DNA of 64,000 nucleotides from the human T2T-CHM13v2.0 reference genome, Homo sapiens. The stretch is taken from assembly GCF_009914755.1 (NCBI RefSeq), contig NC_060935.1. One strand, 5' to 3'. A model generated the notes under the pieces. That model was not told the origin of the DNA. It did not search any database and was given only the letters and a program-made list of their open reading frames with translations. This document shows positions 1-15,841 of this stretch, piece by piece (position 1 is the stretch's first letter; each line of letters begins with the position of its first letter). The translations under genes were made by a program, and so were the position numbers.

Positions 1-439
1 AGGAGGGACCAGAAGGCACTGTCAGAATTGATTCTTTTTTCAACACAAAACTTAATCTGAGTATGACCCTAACAGATAAGTTTAGTCCTAGGGCCCTCTC
101 TCCTAATACTTCCTTTTCTATGGGAAAAAAAAACTAGATCATACAAGGGCAAGCCCAAAGGCACAATAATTAATATTTTTTCTCACTGTAACAAATGGAA
201 AACAAGCTCAACCCTCTCTCACAAGCACTTATTTAACTACTTAAAGAAAACTACTATGTCTTATCAAAGGTAAATATGATATCCATTTCCCTTAACTTCT
301 GAGTACAAGGGCCTATTAAAACACCAGTACATTAAAGCTATCAACAGTAATTATGAATACACAGAAATCATCTAAAATATAAATACCTTCCCATGGTTGA
401 TAAACTAATCTAAGAAAGTCCTCAAGAAAAACACTGCCA

Positions 440-595
440 TGTTTTGAAAAGAATACTACATTGGTAATCAGGAGATCTGAGGCTTATCTTAGCTCTGTCA
501 CTAACTGGTGACCTTAAGCAAATCCTCTAACTTCTCTAAGCCTTGGTCTCCCACCTGTAAAGTGATCTTAGGTCCCTCCTGGCTCTAAACTTCAG
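440..595 (+). mobile_element. MIR SINE fragment
   Basis: Core-like 'ctctgtcactaactggtgaccttaagcaaatcctctaacttctctaagccttggtctcccacctgtaaagtg'. Confidence 0.7.
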
Positions 596-1639
596 GCACG
601 GTAAACCAACAAAAAATGTGAAATACATACATCTACCACTAGATGGCATAACACTATGATTGCTGATCTGAAAAGCAGACCAAAATCTCCTCCAAATAGA
701 TTATGTTGTTAGGAAAACTATACCAGTTTAAATTATACCAATTTAAACTAAGCCTCAATAACTTGTCTGCTGGCAAAGAACTCCCGGCTACTTCATAAAC
801 ACCTTCATTTTGTATGATGTAGAATGAGAAACCTCTTTCTGAACTTGTTACAGTTATCATGAACCAAACTGAAAATTTACAAAGACATGATTACAGAATT
901 CTGAGAAACTAAGTTTACAGCAAAGGAGGGGGTGAAGGAGGCGGTGAAGACGTGTGGCAGGAAAGAACACAGGTGGAGGGACAGAATGGAGAAAAAAAAA
1001 GAAGCTGTTTTTTGGCAATTTCTGCAGTATTATCTATGCCTATCAAGGTATTACGAAAATTATTACCACTATACCACAGAATATTTAGCCTCCCTTGATA
1101 ATTCAGCAGAGAAAACACTGCCACATTAAAATTTCAGACAAATTTCTTGGAACCAGCTTTAAAAACATTAATATATTGGTAGTATCTATAAAACATTGAT
1201 CCTTTCAGAAAAAAAATACAACTGAAAATTTAAAACACAATTCTCTATGACTTAACTGTACCACTTTCACTATGTTTAAGTTATATTTACGTTTTCTTCC
1301 AATTGCAGATAAGACTAGTACATAGCAAGTGCTTAGTTTCAGCATAGATTTTTTAAATACAACATTTTTAAACTAGGGAGGAAAGTTATTGATTAAAAAA
1401 CAGCAAAGGCTATTATGTTAATCTTCCTTAAACAAGAAATTCGTATCTGTTGCATAATGCAACTGGACATGATACACATAAATTTCTCATTAAAACTCAT
1501 TCAATGTGTCCCTATCAATGTATTCCCTAACCCTAAGTCAATAAAGGAGAAGTTACAAAAATCCTTAGTTCTCCAGCAACCTGTGCCTTCAAAATCAAGT
1601 AGGCCTTTCTCATTACACAAATACAGGTGACAAATTTCT

Positions 1640-2135
1640 TCTTCCCAAATACAGTTTAAACATGTCCCCTGCCTACAATGCTCTCCTCTCCACAAATTTC
1701 TGTTTTTTTTTTTTCCCATCTCTAACTTCCTATCTGCAACTCAAAGTTCACCCTGGAGCATCGCATCTACAGCACAGATAATCCAAGCCGTGTGTTTTCT
1801 GCTCAACTCTTCTCTCAAACGCAAACTTCCTATCCTGCAAAAAGCATTACAGATTGTTTATCTGTCCAAACAAGTTATGAGGCTGGTTATAATATACTTT
1901 ACTACCAGCTGTTTTCCTTAACGTTTCACTCTCCTGAAGACAATCATTTCCTTCTTGTAACAGATAGAGTATTTCTCAAGCTCCCAATGCTGTTTGTACC
2001 CCCTATTAAGCATTTCCATAAACACAGCAAATTAATCATGACCAAATTGGGATTTTCTATTATTTCTATAAAATCTGTATCTTCTCTCCCTCCATTCTCT
2101 ATCTCAGAGAATGGCACGTTATCCATCTAAGCATT
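1640..2135 (+). mobile_element. L2 LINE fragment (degraded)
   Basis: L2-like 'ccattctctatctcagagaatggcacgttatccatc' and pyrimidine-rich L2 3' character. Confidence 0.5.
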
Positions 2136-2414
2136 CAGTGTCTCCACTAGGATTATGTTCCACTGCATATGACAGAAAACCTAAAACATTAATAGCTTAA
2201 ACAAGATAAAAGTATATTTCCTTTCATATAAAAGATGTCTCGAAGACAACACTCAGGATCAATGTCAGATCTATGGGCTCAAAGATCCAGCTTCTTCAGG
2301 TTCATCACTCCACTATCTACAGGTTTAGACCCTTGTTCTCATGGTTTAATATGTCTGCTAGAGCTGCAAACATCACATCCATGTTTCAAGTAGAAATCAA
2401 GAAGGAAGGAAGGA

Positions 2415-2833
<419 letters not shown>

Positions 2834-3122
2834 TTACATATCACTTGCCAAAGCCTTGTCACATGATTACACCCAATAGCAAGGGAGTCTCTTAGTCTCT
2901 TAGACAATTGCCCTGCTAAAACACAAGAGTTTTATTTCTAAAGGAGAAAAAAATAGTATTAGGAGACAACTGGCCGTTTCTACCAGAGTCAGCTCTTAGT
3001 CTGACAGGTGCCAACACATCATGTAGAACCATCTGTTAACCAAGAACACAGCAGACTCCCCAGGAATAAAACCATGGGTGTGGGGTTGTGAAAGGAATCA
3101 CAGTATGGAAAGGGCCTCTTGT

Positions 3123-3451
<329 letters not shown>

Positions 3452-4232
3452 TCAATGTACATGTGTTTTCAGTACTTCCATTTTGCCCAATCCCAGGTAT
3501 ACTGCTTTTATTTGACAATGTAACACTGCTATGCATGCTCATGTCACTGGTATCCAGTATTTAGAAATTTGTTCTCTATCACATCTAACAACAAAGCCAG
3601 TAGCCTTCTCAGAGAAGATACAGTTAGCTCTAAAATGAAGGAGGCTTCACTGTGATTCTCCTGTCAGAGCCTGCCACAAATTCCACATAGCAACCAAATG
3701 GCAGTTTTTATAGATTGTTGAGTCAAGAGGTTGGAACAGTACACTTAAAATTTAGTATATCCTGACTTCAAACCCAGAGAGACCCACCAGTTACTGTACT
3801 TCTTTTTGGTAGCAGTGAATACAAGATGCAGTAGCTTATCTTCTACTTCAGAAAGGACATCCCAATATATCCCAAAATACTGTTACCTCAGAAATTTCAC
3901 TAAGGTGTCAGGTCCTCCAATTTTTTATGGACTTCATGTCCCATCATCAGCTGTGTCTTTAGTGTCTTTACAAAGGATCTAAGGTGTCTGCTAGTTCTCT
4001 ATCACAATGTCCTATCAATTAGCATGATGTCATCACTGTAGGGGACCAGGATAACGTACTGTGGGATAGTGAGATGAACAAAATCCCTACAGACTAAATG
4101 ATGGCACAGAGCCAAAATACTGACCTAACCATGGAGGCAATATGATGACGGTGTACTATACTGCTGGGTATTTCTGATGTTCTCGGTTAATTAGATTCAG
4201 TAAGGCATTTGATAGATCAAATAGTTAACTAC

Positions 4233-4304
4233 CAAGTGCCTGTTTCTAGCAAAGTTCTGTTTCTAGCAAGTGCCTGTTTCTACCAAGTTCTGTTTCTAGC
4301 AAAG
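4233..4304. repeat. Short tandem repeat, four ~17-bp units in ABAB order
   Basis: caagtgcctgtttctag / caaagttctgtttctag / caagtgcctgtttctac / caagttctgtttctag. Confidence 0.85.
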
Positions 4305-5170
4305 AGACCACATGTGGAACCAAATATACAACTGGAGTGGTAGAAGCAGCTTATGATAATACACCATCATTCTCCAAAATGTATCTATCTTCTGCATAGG
4401 TAAAACCAGAGTTAGCAGGCTGAACCTTTCAAGTCTTTAATATGGCACTAATCTCTGAGATTCAGGATGTGAGACTGCTTTGGTAAAAAGAACTTTGGGA
4501 GGTTACACTTGGCTCTTCCTACCATAAAGTCCATTAACCCATGGATATGGGAACTAATTTGGGGATTCTTCCACTTGTTGAACATATTTATTCCAGACAT
4601 GCAGTAAGAAACAAGATACAACCACGGTACGAATTCATGGACTGTGAAATAATTTCAAGTCAAAGCTCCATTCCATGCCTGATTTCCACAAGCTCCCATC
4701 TGCCTCATGGAACACAACGGTGTCCTGAGTCGCTGGGAATTATCATTAGCTCAGCTTCCAATAACTCCTGAAAGGTTTCAGTATTTGTCTTCTGATGAAC
4801 AGTTAGGCTTGTAAATAATAAAAGACCCCTTTCTTTAGGGAAGGCTATGAAGAAAATTAATTGTGCCTACTTGTGATATTATCACAAGGTCCTTCCTTAA
4901 AGGAAGATATGCTGCCTCTTTTTTCTTCAAGGAGTTCTAGATTTGTAAAGTGATAAATCTATAGGTATTAGACATTATGGAGACCTAAAATCAATCCTAC
5001 ATTCATTGGACCTTAAGTGTTCTCTTTTCATTTGTTTGTTTAGTTCCAGTATCAAGATCAAGACCTTAGTGAGCTACCCTTCCATGACAGTTCTAGGAAC
5101 CCCTTAATCAATTTGCATACTATATTAAGCATGCCTATCTTGAGTCTGATGGTTAAGTTCTGTTACTCGC

Positions 5171-5532
<362 letters not shown>

Positions 5533-6490
5533 TTACATTCATACCAAGGCCAGAGAAGACAGCCATTACAGTACTTTTTAAGGATGCCAGCATTTCTCTC
5601 ACTGTTGTATTTTCTTAAAGGTAGTAGAGAACACCCATCTTGGAGGATGTTTTTAGAGAGTAAGGAAGCCAGCTGCACAAAATAAATCCACCCCAACTTT
5701 CCTAACTCCCCAAGTTTGGCATCTCAACTTTACTCAATGGAGGTCACTACTGAATCCACATTTCAGTCAAACAAGCAGACAATCAGAACCACTCCTAGCT
5801 GCTTCAGCAAGAACCAAATCTAAAATCTCTCATAGATGAATCTACATTAATAGATTCAGCCCAAACTAAAATTAGATTCCTCCTTTCCTGGTCCAGCACC
5901 TCTCTGAATTTGATTTCATATCAATTGCATAGGTTTTTGCTAACATAAACTAGTAAAATTCTTGCAATTCTTTTGATGCACAAAACTTGTCTTTCATCAT
6001 GAAGTTAGCCCCTTGAACTTCCTGGGATCTGACTCTCGCTATTGGTCTAGAGGCCAAAAGGTGGTGGGAATGGGAATAAAAACAGCTATCACTCAACAAG
6101 CTGAAGTCATTACAGCATCTTTAAGCATCACTCAAAGGAAGAAGGGTTACTTCTGCTGGCAAGGGAGGCTCAGTACAAACCACAGGTTAAGAATACCTGG
6201 AGTCATTCAAAGGGTTCCATGTCATGATTCCAATTCCTGAAATCTTACTCTTTCCCAATCAATAACTCAACTTACACCTATGAAATCTGATGAAGCTCTG
6301 AGTTCACTCTGCACTGAACACAGTTTAATAACTTGTTGGATCAGACTCTGAACCCGATTTAGACTATGACAGTCCTAGAGTTATAAGACAAAAGACTCTT
6401 TTAAGCCAATCACCAAATTCCTAAGTGTTCTAACCATAACTTCAGCCAAGATTTAAAAATTTAGCCCTGCAGTTTAAATTTTCTTTAAAC

Positions 6491-6706
6491 CAGAATTTCT
6501 CAAACTAAACACTATTGACATTTTGGGCCAGGTAACTCTTTGTTGTGGTGGTGGGGAGGGGACAATCCTGTGCAGCAGCATTCTTGGTCTCTACTCACTA
6601 GATACCAGTAGCACCCTGCTCCCCCAGTTCTGATAACTAAAAAATGTCACCAGACATTTCTAAATACGCCTTGGAGAGCAAAATCACCCCAGGTTGAGAA
6701 CCACTG
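6491..6706. mobile_element. MER20 (hAT-Charlie MITE)
   Basis: cag...ttctcaa / ttgagaaccactg TIRs; internal 'actattgacattttgggcc'; perfect 8-bp TSD ctttaaac (6483-6490, 6707-6714). Confidence 0.9.
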
Positions 6707-6742
6707 CTTTAAACTCTACAGTGGAGTTAAAAACAGCCAATT

Positions 6743-7079
<337 letters not shown>

Positions 7080-7234
7080 CTAAATGGATCATCAATCAGT
7101 TTAGCAAAGCTTTGCCTTCAACAGGTACTTCATCCCAGGTAACCACAGATGAAAAACACTAGATGCCACAAACTGGTTACCAGTGACCCTTCTAGATTCC
7201 CTGAGGATCTGTTGCCCAAAACAGTTTTACATCT

Positions 7235-7700
7235 ATTTAATGGTCCAGGATCAGAATCCACTCCAGGTAGTTTAAGCAAAAAGGGGGCTTAAGATAAGAA
7301 TCAGATGCTCACAAAATCTTTGGAAAAAGTAAAGAGGCAGGGTCCAGAGTGACTGAGCTCCTAGAAACAACTCCTAGCCCACAGAACCACTCTGCCTCAG
7401 CCACAATCACAAAAGCTGGTACCATCAGTGTAGGAAGCTGGCAAGCAAGGAAGCTCCTGTAGAAGCTACAGAATTAGAAACCCACTGCTAAATGACAAGG
7501 CTGCCCCACAAACTACTAGCTCAGAGCCATTCTACTTTTCTCATAATCTAAACCCATATCCTTCCTCTCTCCCCAGGTGGTTCACTTCCAAATCAAAGTG
7601 CATCTGAAGGGTGGAACCTAAATCATGTCCAGAAAACAAAGCAGCCTATAGGGAAAAAAAAATTTTACTAGCCAAGAAGACTATTAGGCACTCTCATTCT
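7235..7700. mobile_element. Old MaLR/ERVL-type LTR remnant
   Basis: 'tagtttaagcaaaaagggg...ggaacctaaatcatgtcc' resembles old MLT1 LTRs. Confidence 0.4.
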
Positions 7701-7922
7701 GAAAGCTATGTTTTTCACTGTCATCTTAAAAATTGGTATTCTCCAAGAGATGTAACCTATCAATTATTGCATTGTTGCATTTTTAACCTATCAATAATGC
7801 AGTTCCCTGAGCATGAATTACTAGAATATAGATTCCAAACCAAGGTTAATGTCATCTTGTAGGAACCTCTTTGTGTAACCATCTGGACTTCCATAAAGGA
7901 AAATCCTCTGCATCAATAACAA

Positions 7923-8041
7923 CCAAGGTGGGAGGATCGCTTGAGCCCAGGAGGTCAAGGCTGCTGTGAGCCGTGACCGTACCACTGCACTCCAGCCTGG
8001 GTGATAGAGCAAGACCTTGGCTCAAAAAAACAAACAAAAAA
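7923..8041 (+). mobile_element. Alu right-arm fragment (AluJ/FRAM-like)
   Basis: 'ggaggatcgcttgagcccaggaggtcaaggctgctgtgagc...cactccagcctggg'. Confidence 0.85.
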
Positions 8042-8089
8042 CCATGTACCTCTTATGATTCTGAACTGCTTCTCCCACACTTACTACAA

Positions 8090-8550
8090 TGAATCCATAT
8101 CATTTCTTGCATAGACTACTGCAATACCTTCATAACTGCTCTCCCTGACTTTACTTGTTGTGCACTTCAAATCATTTTCCCCAAAGTACCAGAATTTATA
8201 TAACATGTTACTCCACTTAACTGACTTCTCATCACATTCAGGATAATGACTGAATTTCCATCTGACTTACCAAATGCTCATCTATGTCTTTAAGAGTGCT
8301 CTAGTTTCAACAACCTGTTTACAGCTCCCCAAGTAAGTCAGGTCCATTCAAACTCATTTATCTGCTTTTAAGTATACTGTCCCTTCTGTGGACATTCTCC
8401 TCTTTAATCTTACCTCCATTTCTCCCATTACCAGGTTAACATTTACACATTTTAAAGTGTCATCTCTTTTTAGGAATGTTTCCTGACACCTTGTTCCCCT
8501 AGGCTAAGAGTGGTCCTTCCCGATGCTTCCATAATATCTTACTCAAAATC
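8090..8550 (+). mobile_element. L2 fragment
   Basis: 'cttgcatagactactgcaataccttcataactgctctccctg' matches the L2 3' region. Confidence 0.6.
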
Positions 8551-8941
8551 CTTAAGGGAGGAAATGCAAACAGTTATGTAATCTTCTCCAGTAGGACTTA
8601 AGTCTAAGACATAAAAGAAAAAAATAAAAATGATTATAAGAGAAGGCTGAGAGATTATTTCATTCTGTTGTTGAAAGATCTAAATCATTTAGAAACTTTC
8701 TTTTTCCTTACACTGAGTCAAAATCTTTTTGAAGTACTCTCACCAACTGATGTTACCTAGAATAAGAAAAAATGCGTCTATTCCTTCTTTAAGATGATAG
8801 CGATAGCTTCTCAGCTGTTTGAAAGCCATAATCATGATTCTCCATTCCTCTCTAATGTAACTAGTTTTCCCATCTTAGACTGCTCTAATCCTTAATAGTG
8901 TTCAACTAAAGTGAAACACTTTAAGGAACGTAGAAGAATTA

Positions 8942-9289
<348 letters not shown>

Positions 9290-10234
9290 GTAGAAAGGGA
9301 TAAAAAGTGGAACTCATCTTAAGAAAATGCAAATATTTAAATGATATAAATAAATGCCTAAATGAATCTTTTAAAAAATCATAAATAATACAGGAGCTAA
9401 AAATAGAAAGTATAAGTATACCACTTTCCTTGCCTTTCATAGTAGGTAATCAATGGACACTATACATTTGATAATTCAAGAAATAGAGGTTTAATGTAAT
9501 AAAGTATCCTCTAGACTGACAATATTAAATATTAACATAGCAAACAGATATCAGGAGGTAGAAGGAGAAGATAATTATTAAAAATACAAAATTCCCCATC
9601 CTTCATATTGGAGAACTAATAGATGCTGTCTAAAGTTGTCCAATATATTCATTGCTCATAAAGCATCCACCAACAGAACAAAAACTGACAGAAAAGAGGT
9701 CTTATTTTGAGGAAGTAGGACTGAGTGTGCAAGATTATTTCTTTTTTCTTGGAAAGGAGACTTTTTACTTTATATTCTTCTGTTTAATGACTATTTTGTT
9801 TACAAAAAACAAAAACAAAACACGCACACTCAAGTAGCTTAATAAAACAGTTACTAATGCTATATAACATGGTAGAAAATAAGTGGCAAATCTGTGATTA
9901 CATACTTAAGACAATAAAAGGCAAATAACCCCTGACAACTTTACGTAGTTTCTTCTATTTATTAGTTCTAAAGTATCATTGCTATAAAATCACAAAATGT
10001 TCACTGCTACAAGTCAGAGATGATGAGATGCCTCTATCAGAGGCCAAACTGTGCTGCTACTTCCTCATAATTTTTATGAGAGAAAAAACTCTAAGCCTTA
10101 GAGAGGTATTACTCTATTTTATAATAATCTGTGAAGGAAAGGATAACCTCTGTATTAGTCTGTTCTCACCCTGCTAATAAAAACATGACCGAGACTGGTT
10201 AATTTATTTAAAAAAAAGAAGTTTAATAGACTAA

Positions 10235-10699
<465 letters not shown>

Positions 10700-11040
10700 T
10701 AGCACAGGAAAGACCCACCCCCCCCCCACCCAATGATTCAATTACCTCCCACCAGATCCCTCCCATGACACGTGGGAATTATGGGAGCTAAAATTCAAGC
10801 TAAGATTTGGGTGGGGACACAGCCAAACAATACAATTCCACCCCTGCCCCTCCCAAATCTCATGTCCTCACATTTCTCAACCAATCATGCCTTCCCAGCA
10901 GTCCACCAAAGTCTTAACTCATTTCAGCATTAACTCAAAAGTCCACAGTCTGAAGTCTCATCCAAGACAAGACAAGTCTGTTCCACCTACGAGCCTGTAA
11001 AATCAAAAGCAAGTTAGTTACTTCCCAGATACAACGGAGG

Positions 11041-11080
11041 GTCTACAGCCATACCACCCTGAATGCACCTGATCTCATCT
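11041..11080 (+). pseudogene. 5S rRNA tailless retropseudogene (nt 1-40 of 5S)
   Basis: gtctacagccataccaccctgaatgcacctgatctcatct matches the 5S 5' end with five CpG transitions; perfect 14-bp TSD agatacaacggagg (11027-11040, 11081-11094). Confidence 0.92.
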
Positions 11081-12849
11081 AGATACAACGGAGGTACAGG
11101 CATTTGGTTAATACACCATTCTAAATGTGAGAAACTGGCCAAAACGAAAGGGTTACAGGCCCCATGCAAGTCTGACATCCAATAGGGCAGTCATTAAACC
11201 TTAAATTTCCAAAATGATCCCCTTTGACTCCATGTCTCACATCCAGGCCATGCTGATGCCAGAGGTGGGCTCCCACAGCCCTGTGCAGCTTGATTCCTGT
11301 GGCTTTGCAGGGTATAGCCCTGCTCCTGGCTGTTTTCATGGGCTGCTGTTGAGTGTCTGTGGCTTTTCCAGGTGCATAGTGCAAGCTGTCAGTGGATCTA
11401 CCATTCTGGGGTCTGGAGGATGGTGGCCCTCTTCTCGTAGCTCCACTAGGCAGTGTTCCAGTGGGGACTCTGTGTGGCGGCTCTGACTCCACATTTCCCT
11501 TGTGCACTGCCCTAACAGAGGTTCTCCATGAAGACTCCACCCCTGTAGCAAACTTCTGCCTGGACATTCAGGAGTTTCCATACATCCTCTGAAATCTAGG
11601 TAGAGGTTCAACAAACCTCAATTCTTGACTTTTGTGTACCCACAGGCTCAACACCATGTGGAAGCTGCCAAGGCTTGAGGCTTGCACCCTCTGAAGCCAT
11701 GGCCTGAGCTGTAACTTGGCCCCTTTTAGCCATGGCTGGAGTGGCTGGACGCAGGGCACCAAGTCCCTAGACTGCACACAGCAGGGGGGCCCTGGGCCTG
11801 GCCCAGGAAACCATTTTTCTTCTCCTAGGCCTCTGGATCTGTGATGGGAGGGACTGCCTTAAAGGTCTCTGACATGCCCTGGAGACATTTTCCCCATTGT
11901 CTTGGTGATTAACATTTGGCTCCTCGTTACTTACGCAAATTTCTGCAGCCAGCTTGAATTTCTCTCCAGAAAATAGGGTTTTCTTTTCTATTGCATTGTC
12001 AGGCTGCAAAATTTCCAAACTTCTATGCTCTGCTTTTTCTTGAATGCTCTGCCGCTTAGAAATGTCTTCCACCGGATACCCTAAATCATCTCTTTCTGGT
12101 TCAAAGTTCCACAGACCTCTAGGGCACGGGCAAAATGCTGCCAGTCTCTTTGCATAGCAAGAGTGACCTTTACTCCAGTTCCCAACAAGTTTCTCATCTC
12201 CATCTGAGACCACCTCAGCCTGGACTTCATTGTCCATATCACTATCAGCATTTTGGTCAAAGCCATTCAACAAGTCTCTAGGAAGTTCCAGATTTTCTCA
12301 CATCTTCTTGTCTTCTTCTGAGCCCTCTAAACTATTCCAACCTCTGCCTATTACCCAGTTCCAAAGATGCTCCCACATTTTTAAGTATCTTTACAGAGTG
12401 CCCCCCTACCTCAGTATCAATTTACTGTTTTAATCTGTTCTGATGCTGCTAATAAAGACACACCAGAGACTGCGTAATTTAAAAAGGAAAGAAGTTTAAT
12501 GGACTCACAGTTCCACATGGCTCAGGAGGCCTCACAATCATGGCGCAAGGCAAAGGAGATGCAAAGGAACATTTACATGGTGGCAGGCAAGAGAGCTTGT
12601 GTAGGGGTACTGCCCTTTCTAAAACCATCAGATCTCATAAGACTTATTCACTATCACGAGAACAGCATGGGAAAGACCCACCCTCGCCCCACCAGCCCAT
12701 GATTCAATTATCTCCCACCAGGACCCTCTGATGACACACGAGAATTATGAGAGCTACAATTCAAGATGAGATTTAGGTGGGGACACAGCCAAATGATACC
12801 TCCAATCGTTCTAGATTCTTGTTCATTAACATTTACAGCACATACAACA

Positions 12850-13880
<1,031 letters not shown>

Positions 13881-13994
13881 AAATGACAATTTCTCAACTA
13901 ACTTATGCATCATACAGCTACAAAGCTAGTATCTACATTAGGGGGCACAATCATGGAGGGAATTTCCCCACACAAAAAGTAACAAGAGAGAATT

Positions 13995-15020
13995 CTGCTT
14001 ATGCTATGGCTGAGTAAGCACCTACTAGATTAACGTTCCCACAGGTAACAACTATAAATTCTGAACAAAATATAAAAATCAGCTACCTATATATAAATAG
14101 GTATATACCAAAATATAAAAATCAGGCACTGAAGAGTGACCAAAAGCAGACAAATATTAGAGGGCAGTCAGTACTTGGAAGAGTATGGTATTAGGTGAAT
14201 TTCCCATCTACAACTTTTGGCCTGAGGGCAGATCCAGTCAGCACCATAGCAAGTACCTAAAACTCTAAGATAAACGCCACTGTTTTACTATCTTGAAGAA
14301 TCAAAGGACAGAGTTCAGGAAGACCACAGTTGCTGAAAAGTGAGAAACACATCCTAGGAAGAAGAGACCCAGAAAGGTAGAGACACAAAATCTAGTTACA
14401 AACTCTGTACAAATTTCTGGCTGACCCCTGAACCAAACACGCAAAGGACAGACTGCAAGCAGTCCAGGTAGAGATAAAAGAACTGAACTAAGAACTACTG
14501 CTCAAGAGACAGAGCTTGCAGTTTTTGTCCCATCATGTTAACTGCCTGCTAACAAGCATCAACACTCTTTGGAGGAATATAATGGAATTCAGAGGCTCCA
14601 CAACTTCATATTCACAATATCCAAAACACAATCTAAAATTCCTTGACTAACAAAAAAATCAGGAAAAAGTGGCCAAGTTGCAAGACAAAAGGAAACCAAT
14701 AGAAACTAACTCCAGGATGATCCAGATGTTGGAATCAGCATAGATTTTCAAGCAACTATTATGATTCTGCTTAATGATGCAGAGAAAAATACAACACAAG
14801 TTTGAAAAATTAACAAAGCAATAGAAACCTAAAAAATAACAAAGTAGAAATTCTAGATCTGAAAAATACAGTATCTAAAATAAAAACATTCACTGATGGC
14901 TTAACAGCAGAATGAAGACGACAGAGAAAAAGGTACACTTGAAAACAGATCAATAAATTACCGAATTTGAAGAACTGAGAAAAAGCAAATTGGGGGGAAA
15001 AAGGAACAGAGCCTCATGAC
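13995..15020 (+). mobile_element. Old L1M 5' region/ORF1 remnant
   Basis: 'gatgatccagatgttggaatcagca...aaattctagatctgaaaaatacagtatctaaaataaaa...aacagagcctc' is ORF1-like. Confidence 0.65.
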
Positions 15021-15145
15021 TGGTCTGCACATACAATGCTAAAAGATTTCTGAAGGTTGCTAGATGGAAACTCAAGTCTTCAGAAGGAAAGAGAGCATCG
15101 GATATGTCTTAAAATACACTCATTAATTCAACAAATATTTATTAA

Positions 15146-15275
15146 CCCATTTATATTGGAGGTTGCAAATTTCTTTTGTGAAAAAATCAGACCTTGGCGA
15201 TGACCCTGAGCAGCAGGATATAAATAACTTCCACAAGCTTAGCATTCCAATAATGGAACACTAGGCATAAATGGA
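15146..15275 (-). mobile_element. MER85 (piggyBac/PGBD3-derived MITE)
   Basis: TTAA-cccatttat...gcataaatgga-TTAA; internal 'cagaccttggcgatgacc' and palindrome 'ttccaataatggaac'. Confidence 0.9.
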
Positions 15276-15640
15276 TTAATTACCCAGGACAGATAATGTC
15301 CTTTAGGCAATAAATGAGTTTCAATAACCTTATATATATATATCATTTTTATTAATTTATGCTACATCTTCAGAGACGTTTTATCGGTAGATCTCTATAT
15401 TTAGGCCATCAGTCTGTTTACCTCTCAAACTGTATTTACAAGTTGTATTCATTTTATAAAACCAAGAATACAAATAAAAAGTAACTCAGTAGAAACAAAT
15501 TATTTGTTAAGTAAATACTTTAACGCACTCACTGATTACATAAAATCTAACAAGCTAGAAGTACCAACATCAATTATGTTTCCCTCCTGTCCGATATTCA
15601 ATTCCTTAATGAGTCCTGTCATTTTTATCTTCTAAATATA

Positions 15641-15790
15641 CAGATGACCCTTGAACAACTTGGGAGTTAGGAACCCCAACCCCTAGAGCCGTCAAAAATC
15701 TGCACATAACTTTTAACTCTTCAACAACTTAGCTACTGAGAGCCTACTGCTGACCAGAAGCCTTACCAATAAACAACACATATTTTGCAC

Positions 15791-15841
<51 letters not shown>

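Noticed and set aside
3477-5020. Apparent Ty3/Gypsy pol motifs on + (SILPNP..F..Q..A, KPVAFSEK, PTFIGP)
   Set aside because: The minus strand matches ERVL gag-pro-RT much better and collinearly, including YSDD, so the plus-strand motifs are judged coincidental.
11121-12273. ORFs of 148 and 168 aa
   Set aside because: They are fragments of the THE1 internal region with stops and frameshifts, with no evidence of a host CDS.
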